Assembly: GCA_045597885.1 (NCBI GenBank)
Contig: JAZLKY010000275.1
Location: 1-26,621, forward strand
DNA from: Acutalibacteraceae bacterium
GTDB taxonomy: Bacteria; Bacillota; Clostridia; Oscillospirales; Acutalibacteraceae
Direction: 5' to 3'
Length of the DNA stretch: 26,621 nucleotides
Positions 8,394 to 14,624 of the stretch are shown here, piece by piece. Below the pieces are notes generated by a model. The model did not search any database. It worked only from the letters and a program-made list of their open reading frames with translations, and had not been told where the DNA came from. The first letter of the stretch is position 1, and every line of letters starts with the position of its first letter. Both the position numbers and the translations under genes were made by a program.

Positions 8394-10521
8394 CGTTTAC
8401 AGCCGCCTCCTTTTTTCTGCGCTTGTTTATGACAAAGAAAACGATCCCCGCCGCCAGCATCACGGCGATGCCGGAAAAGATCAGTATCGGGTTTCCGCTT
8501 CCGATGGCGGAGGTGATCAGTTGCAGCCGTTCGGTTTTCGCTCCGTCAGCCGTGAAGGCAAATGTTTTTGAAGAATCGTCCTGCCAAAAATATCTCTTCT
8601 GATACTCTGAGATGTTCTCAGAAACCGTGTGCTCGGAATCGCCTGTCCTCACCCATATTTCCGAACCGGCATCAAGACCGCCGCAAAAGATTTTTGCCTC
8701 CGTCAGCCCGAAATCGTCAAGATACAGGTCGTCCCGGATATTCTGCGGTGAAAAGTTGTCCCGGATGAGCAGGCATCCCTGCACACTGACATCGTACAGT
8801 TCATCGACATAAACGCCGCTTCCGTGACCGGCAGAGGTGTTGCGGGTGATGCTGGCATCCGAAAGGCTGACCGAATTGCCGCATACAGTTATTGCCCCGC
8901 CGTTTTTACCCGAAGTGTTGTACTGATAACTTCCGGAAAGGCGGGTGCCTTTGCTTGAATTACAATATACTGCTCCGCCGCCGCCATCTGCCCGGTTTGA
9001 CCGAAAGTCGCATCTGTCAAAGGTAGCATAGGCGCCGCTCTCGATATATACTGCTCCGCCGTCGTCCTTACTCTTATTGTTGCTGAACAGACAGCCGGAC
9101 GCCAGAAACCTTCCGTCATTCACATATACAGCACCGCCGTTATCCTCGGAATAGTTTCCCTCAAATATACAGTTGTCAGCAGTGATCACACAATCCTCGT
9201 GATCTTCATATATAGCACCGCCGTGACAGTTATCGGTGCTGTCGCAGGTCATGTTGCAGTAGAAGCCGACATTTTTCAGTGTCACCCTAACGCCGCTTTC
9301 CGTCACACGGATCGCTCCGCCGTGGTCGTTAGTCACACAGTTGACGACCGAGCCGTTTTCCATGGTGAGTGATGCCCCTTTTTTGAGGTGAAAACAGCCT
9401 CCGACGCCGTCACCTGCTCCGCCGGTTATAACGCCGCCGGAGATCCCCGATGAATAGTTCTTTCGTTTTGGAGACGAATCAATTATTTTGAGTGACGAGT
9501 TTTCATCCAAATAAAAGATATATCCGTCCGACGTCATTCTGCCTGCCTTGTTCCGGTTCACCGTATAGCCATTGAGATCGAGGGTAAAGGAGGCATTTTT
9601 TGCCAGTTTTATCGGCTTTGTTAAATTGATGTCGGAGAAGAGCTCTATCACCGGCTTTCCGGTGGTGTCGGAACAGACAGCAGTAAACGCACTGTCGGCG
9701 TTTTGATAATCCTTTATCGTTCCTCCGGTCTGTACGACCGCCTTGACACCTGAGGCAGGGGAGTATTGTCCGTACTCATAGAATGTGATCGTTTTGTAGG
9801 TGATGTTTTCGATTCGCTTTGCTGCCGTTTTATCACCGCCCAATTGCATCTGCCGAATCCCCGCCAATGCGCACGGGTGGCTTTTGACCAGTTCCCGGTT
9901 GACATCATGATAGGACAGGCTGACTGACAGCCTGCCTGCTTCATATGCTACCGTCAGAACACATTCTTCGTTTGCTCCGATCTTGGCATTTTTGGCGGTG
10001 AGGACATCCTCGGCGGGAGCAGCTGATGCGTGGTTGATTTTTTCTCCGCCTACATATACATCTCCGTTTTCCGCTACGGATAAAAGGACAAGCGGATCAT
10101 TCAGAACAAGGCTCTTCCCGAACGTTTCGGCTGACAAGTACAGAAATGCTTTCCCGTTGTCGGCATCGCCGTCATCGGATGCGGTGCTGTATGCGATCTC
10201 CATCCGAAAATCCTTCAGTTGGTTCAGAGGGTTATTTTTATACAGAGAAAGGATACCCGCCGGTACGGTAAGACCGTCACTGTCTTTTGTTGCTTCTCCT
10301 GTTTCGGTCAGTTTCCACTGGGATGTCCCCGAAACAAGCACTTCTTTGGCTCTGGAGGCAGTGTATACCGTCTCTGTATTGCTCCTGAAATCGTGGACCT
10401 CTGAGCGGTTAAATACATTTATTGCCGACACGTTCGATACAAAGATTACTGCACAGCCTGCTATACACACTGCCAGCGACAGCAACCGAAGCCGATTGGC
10501 ACAGCGATTTGCATTTTTCAT
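8383..10521 (-). CDS. Surface adhesin-like protein (712 aa): N-terminal beta-sandwich, right-handed beta-helix with Pmp-type GGA[IV]/FxxN repeats, C-terminal TM anchor
   Basis: TLDLNGYT cap. Repeats HGGAIRV, HGGAIYE, FEGNYSEDNGGAVYV, FSNNKSKDDGGAVYI, FRSNRADGGGGAVYC and NGGAITV. Ends TSAIGSG-TM-KRRKKE. ATGA overlap with the upstream gene. Confidence 0.85.
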   Translation of the reverse strand: MKNANRCANRLRLLSLAVCIAGCAVIFVSNVSAINVFNRSEVHDFRSNTETVYTASRAKEVLVSGTSQWKLTETGEATKDSDGLTVPAGILSLYKNNPLNQLKDFRMEIAYSTASDDGDADNGKAFLYLSAETFGKSLVLNDPLVLLSVAENGDVYVGGEKINHASAAPAEDVLTAKNAKIGANEECVLTVAYEAGRLSVSLSYHDVNRELVKSHPCALAGIRQMQLGGDKTAAKRIENITYKTITFYEYGQYSPASGVKAVVQTGGTIKDYQNADSAFTAVCSDTTGKPVIELFSDINLTKPIKLAKNASFTLDLNGYTVNRNKAGRMTSDGYIFYLDENSSLKIIDSSPKRKNYSSGISGGVITGGAGDGVGGCFHLKKGASLTMENGSVVNCVTNDHGGAIRVTESGVRVTLKNVGFYCNMTCDSTDNCHGGAIYEDHEDCVITADNCIFEGNYSEDNGGAVYVNDGRFLASGCLFSNNKSKDDGGAVYIESGAYATFDRCDFRSNRADGGGGAVYCNSSKGTRLSGSYQYNTSGKNGGAITVCGNSVSLSDASITRNTSAGHGSGVYVDELYDVSVQGCLLIRDNFSPQNIRDDLYLDDFGLTEAKIFCGGLDAGSEIWVRTGDSEHTVSENISEYQKRYFWQDDSSKTFAFTADGAKTERLQLITSAIGSGNPILIFSGIAVMLAAGIVFFVINKRRKKEAAVNDER

Positions 10522-11921
10522 CTGTTTTGGCTCACCTCGCTATCTTTTCTCTTGCGTCTGTTTGAGGCTGTGATGCAAACACCTGTTACCGTCATTGCCG
10601 CCACCAGGAAAGCGGCAATGGCGATAAGACTGCCCCCGCCGATCGCCGAACCGGGGATCTCTTCGGTTTTGCGGCTGCCGTCAGCAGTCTTTTCGTCTTC
10701 CTCTGCCTGCTTATTGATGGCGTTGTCCTCGATATCCCGTGACTGCCCGTCAATGGGATAGGCGTTTTCCGCCATACCGTTTTTGCTCTTCACTTCTTTT
10801 GCTACTGCATCGGCAACGGCAGTCAGTCCGTTTTTGCCTAAAACGATATACAGTCCGGATCCGGAGACGGCTTTTTCGTTTTCAAAACAGTTGACAGGTA
10901 ATTGCGTATATTCTTCTTTTGACTGTGTCAAATCGCCGTAGGCTTCTTCGTTGAATACTTTGGAGGCGCCGGCAGTGGTTTTGCCGCCGAAATACGACCT
11001 TGCCCAGTCGCCGAGCGTAAAATCTTCGCCCATCACAGCACCAAGTGTTATGTCGGTTATCGGATTCCCGATCCTTTCCGATCGGGTAAAAAACAATTCC
11101 CTCGCTTTTCCGTCACAGATCATTTTGCCTGCCGATGTGAAAGGAACGCCGCAGAGAGAGGCAGTGTCGGACACCGCCACATATCTTACCGCCTGTGCCT
11201 TATCTGCTGTTCTGTTATAGCAGAGATAAGTGGCGGTATTACCCGATGTACAGATGGGGGCATCAATGAAATAATCGCATCCGGTCGAAGTCAGTTTGCT
11301 CAAAAGACGGTCGCCGTTTGCCACCTCGACTGTCTTTATTTCACTGATATACGGAAGACATACCGTACGGCGGATCATAAAGAAATACAGTTCGTATCCG
11401 TCTATTCCCGCCTCAAAATCGGCGGCACTGCCGTCTGCCGTGCGTACCGGCACGGAACCGTCGCTGAAGAAGTCCGGAAGGGCGGCATCGTTTTTCGGAT
11501 TGCGGGAAAATGACAGCAGTGCCACGATACCGTCCCCTGCCTTTTTGTCCTTTGTGCAGTAAAGATAAAGGGGAAAACCGGCAGTTCCTGCATTAAGATC
11601 CTTTTCGGACACCAGGGTGTATGTGACCGAACCTATCGAAAGAGAGGGCCTCTTTTCCGGGGATACAACAAGACCGGTGATGGCATCGTCTCCGGTTTTA
11701 TAGCCCATATAAATCATTTCTCCCGATCCCGGCGCATGATTGAGATTCTGATAGATCACCGTGTATCCTTTTTTCTCCAATTCGGTGATCGCTTCTTTTC
11801 CCACGGCGATCTTTATTTCCGACAGGCATGAGCCGGAAGCCGCAAAAGTCGAAAAGGGCGGAAATAACATAATAACGGCAAGCACAGACAGCAGTATCCG
11901 ACGCCAATCATTTCTTTTCAA
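10518..11921 (-). CDS. Exported, TM-anchored protein (about 467 aa) with two triplets of beta-prism-like (MABP-like) repeats; first gene of the operon
   Basis: TTG start (MKRNDWRR) after RBS GAGGTGG. Signal peptide ends STFA|A. Repeats NLN..IYMGYK..AITGL, DLNAG..LYLYCTK..GIVAL, DFEAG..LYFF, PYISEI..TYLCYNR and ELFFTR..NPITDI. Ends GSAIGGG-TM-RRKRK. Confidence 0.85.
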   Translation of the reverse strand: MKRNDWRRILLSVLAVIMLFPPFSTFAASGSCLSEIKIAVGKEAITELEKKGYTVIYQNLNHAPGSGEMIYMGYKTGDDAITGLVVSPEKRPSLSIGSVTYTLVSEKDLNAGTAGFPLYLYCTKDKKAGDGIVALLSFSRNPKNDAALPDFFSDGSVPVRTADGSAADFEAGIDGYELYFFMIRRTVCLPYISEIKTVEVANGDRLLSKLTSTGCDYFIDAPICTSGNTATYLCYNRTADKAQAVRYVAVSDTASLCGVPFTSAGKMICDGKARELFFTRSERIGNPITDITLGAVMGEDFTLGDWARSYFGGKTTAGASKVFNEEAYGDLTQSKEEYTQLPVNCFENEKAVSGSGLYIVLGKNGLTAVADAVAKEVKSKNGMAENAYPIDGQSRDIEDNAINKQAEEDEKTADGSRKTEEIPGSAIGGGSLIAIAAFLVAAMTVTGVCITASNRRKRKDSEVSQNR

Positions 11922-11998
11922 AACAGACCACCTCACTATGTTACTGATATGCCGCCCTTCGGCTGCGCTGAAAATTTCTTAAAATGGGGATATACATA

Positions 11999-12027
11999 TT
12001 GAAAAACAAAAAGGAACATATTATAAT
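11999..12027 (+). promoter_or_regulatory. SigA-type promoter for the 7TM-prsW pair
   Basis: TTGAAA (11999-12004), 17-nt spacer, TATAAT (12022-12027). Confidence 0.75.
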
Positions 12028-12099
12028 TTTATTGTGAAGAACCAACCCAAATCCCACCGGAAAGGAGGCTTTCGCCCGTCGAAAGCCAAGGCGGTCACG

Positions 12100-12768
12100 A
12101 TGAAAACATATCTTATATCAAACATACACATCCTTATTTGCTGTGCTGTCGGGCTTGCTTACGGTATCGCACGCATCAACAGCAAAAATAAGCCTCCGAT
12201 GTATCTGCTTTTTTCTCTTTTTGCCCTTGTCAGTGCATTTCTGTCGAGAGTATTCTATACCTTGTCCATCGTCTTTCACGGGGGGATCCCCGATACGTTC
12301 AACATCGGCTTTCTCGGCTATGCGGCAACATTCCTGTTTTTTCTCTTGGCGAATATCGGTCAGATGGACTGGCTCGTAGATGACAGGAAATCATTGAGAC
12401 CGATATACCGCATCATTCCTGCCATTGTGCCGACGGCAGAGCTTTTTGCCGCAGTGATCGGATTGTTTCTCAAAAACGTAACATTTTCCGTCCGCCTCTC
12501 GTTCCTTGTCATCACCGTTGTTGCGGGCTTCGCCGGGTATTTCAATATAAAGCACATCATTGTTCCCGATATTGAATTCGGTATTGTCAAAGCGGTCAGG
12601 GGTAACAATCTGATCGAATTTGCTATCGGTATCCTCTCTCTTGCGGAGATCGGATTCAGTGTCTACGGGCTCAACGAGCTTATTCTCTATGTTCAGATAG
12701 TGCTCGGCGTCCTTTACATTGCCGTCATTCCCGTTCTCAGTATGGAGGTGAAGAAATGGACACGATGA
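12100..12768 (+). CDS. Integral membrane protein (about 222 aa) with about 7 hydrophobic helices, function unknown
   Basis: ATG at 12100, downstream of the promoter. Seven hydrophobic stretches by eye. Its stop overlaps the start of the next gene. Confidence 0.75.
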   Translation: MKTYLISNIHILICCAVGLAYGIARINSKNKPPMYLLFSLFALVSAFLSRVFYTLSIVFHGGIPDTFNIGFLGYAATFLFFLLANIGQMDWLVDDRKSLRPIYRIIPAIVPTAELFAAVIGLFLKNVTFSVRLSFLVITVVAGFAGYFNIKHIIVPDIEFGIVKAVRGNNLIEFAIGILSLAEIGFSVYGLNELILYVQIVLGVLYIAVIPVLSMEVKKWTR

Positions 12769-13454
12769 ACTATATCCTTTTTATCTGTACCGCCACGCCG
12801 ATGCTTCTGATGCTCATTCCCATAGAAAAGGGATCGAGAAAAGTGATATTCTTTATGCTCATCGGGATGTTTTGCTGTCTTTTCATCAGCGAGGTCAACG
12901 GCTTTTTTCTCAACATATCCGATTTTGATCTTTTGTATTTCACCATCAATATCACGCCTGTCACGGAAGAGATCATTAAGACACTGCCGGTGCTTCTGTT
13001 CGCCTTAATCTGCTCCGATAGCAGGAAAGACATCATCACCGCTTCGTTCTCCGTCGGTGTCGGATTCGCCATGCTTGAAAATCTCATGATATTGACACAG
13101 AACTTTCAGTCGGTCGATCTTTGGTTTGCGCTCATCCGAGGATTCTGTTCGGGGCTGATGCACAGCATCTGCACAATAGCCATCGGTTTCTTCATCGTCT
13201 TCATCAAAAAGCGGCACAAGATATTTGTGGCGGGCAGTATCACTGCGCTGAATCTGGCGATCGTCTATCATTCGGTCTATAATCTTCTTGTCCAGGCGTC
13301 TTCCCGGATCGCAAGGATTTCCGGGCTTGGTCTCCCACTGATCACCTATACCATAGTCAATCTGACACTGATCGTGCGGATCAGGCAGACTGTCAATAAA
13401 CCCCACAACCGTCAAAAACAGTTACTAAAGGATCAAATCGACCGGGGGAAATGA
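12756..13454 (+). CDS. prsW: PrsW-family glutamic-type intramembrane protease
   Basis: PVTEEIIK, GVGFAMLEN, GLMH and YHSVYN follow the PrsW motif order (EExxK, FxxxEN, H, HxxxN). RBS GGAGGTG. The last 24 residues or so are encoded inside the repeat element. Confidence 0.85.
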   Translation: MDTMNYILFICTATPMLLMLIPIEKGSRKVIFFMLIGMFCCLFISEVNGFFLNISDFDLLYFTINITPVTEEIIKTLPVLLFALICSDSRKDIITASFSVGVGFAMLENLMILTQNFQSVDLWFALIRGFCSGLMHSICTIAIGFFIVFIKKRHKIFVAGSITALNLAIVYHSVYNLLVQASSRIARISGLGLPLITYTIVNLTLIVRIRQTVNKPHNRQKQLLKDQIDRGK

Positions 13455-13591
13455 TCGTCTGTTTTTTTGAACAACTCAAAAAGTTAATATAATCAACCGT
13501 TTTGACTTCCTGCGCCGATCACCCCCTACCGTACCTTTGTACGCCGACGGGGTCGATCGGCTTGTCTTGCGGGGCTTCTTGACAGTCTGCC
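13384..13591. mobile_element. Small non-autonomous inverted-repeat element (MITE or internally deleted IS)
   Basis: Terminal inverted repeats ggcagactgtcaataaaccccaca (13384-13407) and tgcggggcttcttgacagtctgcc (13568-13591) match at 21/24. Internal hairpin 13514-13561. No transposase ORF. Confidence 0.65.
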
Positions 13592-13672
13592 AGCGTGTCA
13601 ATAAACCCCACAACCGTCAAAAACAGTTACTAAAGGATCAAATCGACCGGGGGAAATGATCGTCTGTTTTTT
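13391..13672 (+). repeat. 77-bp exact direct repeat, two copies (13391-13467 and 13596-13672)
   Basis: tgtcaataaaccccacaaccgtcaaaaacagttactaaaggatcaaatcgaccgggggaaatgatcgtctgtttttt occurs twice, offset by 205 bp. Confidence 0.95.
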
Positions 13673-14429
13673 GATTTCCCCAAATGCGCTGTCGCCATTC
13701 GCCGGGCGTACAGCCGTTATGTTTGACAAAGGCTTTGTAAAAATTGACATAATTGCCGAATCCGCATTCTACAGCGATATCAGACAGGGAACGGGAGGAA
13801 TTTTCCATTAGGACCTTGGCGGTATTCAGCCGCCATTCGGTCATATAGGCGCAGGGAGACACGCCGACCTCTTTCCGGAACAGTTGGATGAGCCGATTGC
13901 TGCTGTAGCCGCAGTGGCTTGCCATTTCGCCAAGAGAAAGCGGGCGGGACAGATCCTGCCGTGCCAGCGCCGTTACCTCTTCGATCGCCCTCCTGCCGGG
14001 GGTGGACGGCTCTCTTGGAAGAAGTTGAACCAGTATAGAGAGAAAGACGGCGTTTTTTTCCAAAATGGCACTGCCGGGATCCTGCTCGGTTTCTTCCAGT
14101 CTTTCCCAAAGCTGCCGCATTTCATTGATGCGATATTTCCCCCGTATCGGGATGCCGCCCTCGCCATAGGCACCGATAAAGTGGATGTAATAATACCGGG
14201 CGGTTTCACTGGGGATAACGCCCCGTTGTCTGAGTCCCCGCCGTTGGATATAGTATTCTCCGGCGGAACATTTCTGCTCTGTTCCGTCTTCTTCAAAGTA
14301 CAGTGTTCCCGCCGTCATCAGGATCAGCACATCCTCGGCGCAGATGCGGTCGACATGCTTCTCTCCCAGCAGGAAAGACTTCGTTCCGTTGTGACAGAAC
14401 CGGGGCAAAACATCGGTTTGCAATCCCAT
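13638..14429 (-). CDS. AraC-family transcriptional regulator
   Basis: RBS GAGGTGG. Cupin-like N-terminus. Both HTHs are present (LSLGEMASHCGYSSNRLIQLFRKEVG; LSDIAVECGFGNYVNFYKAFVKHNGCTP). Confidence 0.9.
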   Translation of the reverse strand: MGLQTDVLPRFCHNGTKSFLLGEKHVDRICAEDVLILMTAGTLYFEEDGTEQKCSAGEYYIQRRGLRQRGVIPSETARYYYIHFIGAYGEGGIPIRGKYRINEMRQLWERLEETEQDPGSAILEKNAVFLSILVQLLPREPSTPGRRAIEEVTALARQDLSRPLSLGEMASHCGYSSNRLIQLFRKEVGVSPCAYMTEWRLNTAKVLMENSSRSLSDIAVECGFGNYVNFYKAFVKHNGCTPGEWRQRIWGNQKTDDHFPRSI

Positions 14430-14446
14430 GATACCACCTCAGTGTC

Positions 14447-14524
14447 AGTATAGCACGAATTATGATATTTGCAATAGAAATGTTGATATTTTTCATTGTT
14501 CGGATGAGGAAAAGGTGGTATGAT
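14447..14524. promoter_or_regulatory. Divergent promoters with two TGATATTT direct repeats 21 bp apart (putative AraC half-sites)
   Basis: Minus strand: TTGCAA (14469-74), 16 nt, TGcTATACT (-10 at 14447-52). Plus strand: TTGTTC (14496-501), 17 nt, TGgTATGAT (-10 at 14519-24). tgatattt at 14463-70 and 14484-91. Confidence 0.55.
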
Positions 14525-14624
14525 CCATATAGGTAAGGCGACCTCTGAAAAAGATCAAGCAAAATGGATGCAAGGGGATTTTTCAGAGGTATCTACATAT
14601 CAGAAATGTATGGAGGGAACCGTT

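Noticed and set aside
717-11921. Sortase (LPxTG), dockerin/cohesin, SLH or RHS/YD signatures in the operon
   Set aside because: None found by eye. There is no sortase gene and no toxin-immunity gene pair at the 3' end.
11937-12099. Riboswitch (e.g. c-di-GMP-I) upstream of the surface operon or the 7TM gene
   Set aside because: No GGCAAAC/GACGCAAAGC-type or other recognisable aptamer motif on either strand.
13391-13584. GTCAATAAACCCC resembling the 5' end of IscB omega/HEARO RNA (IS200/IS605)
   Set aside because: The expected immediate hairpin is missing, there is no IscB/TnpB/TnpA ORF, and terminal inverted repeats explain the sequence better. An Rfam scan would settle it.
13391-13672. Direct repeat as a CRISPR array
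   Set aside because: Only two copies of 77 bp with a 128-bp interval, and no cas genes.
14520-14624. N-terminal extensions in the ORF track (GH127 from 14520, valS from 21258, recX from 23263, rimO from 24061, 7TM from 12034)
   Set aside because: These overlap promoter elements or the neighbouring gene. Downstream starts with better-placed ribosome-binding sites and family-typical N-termini were preferred.
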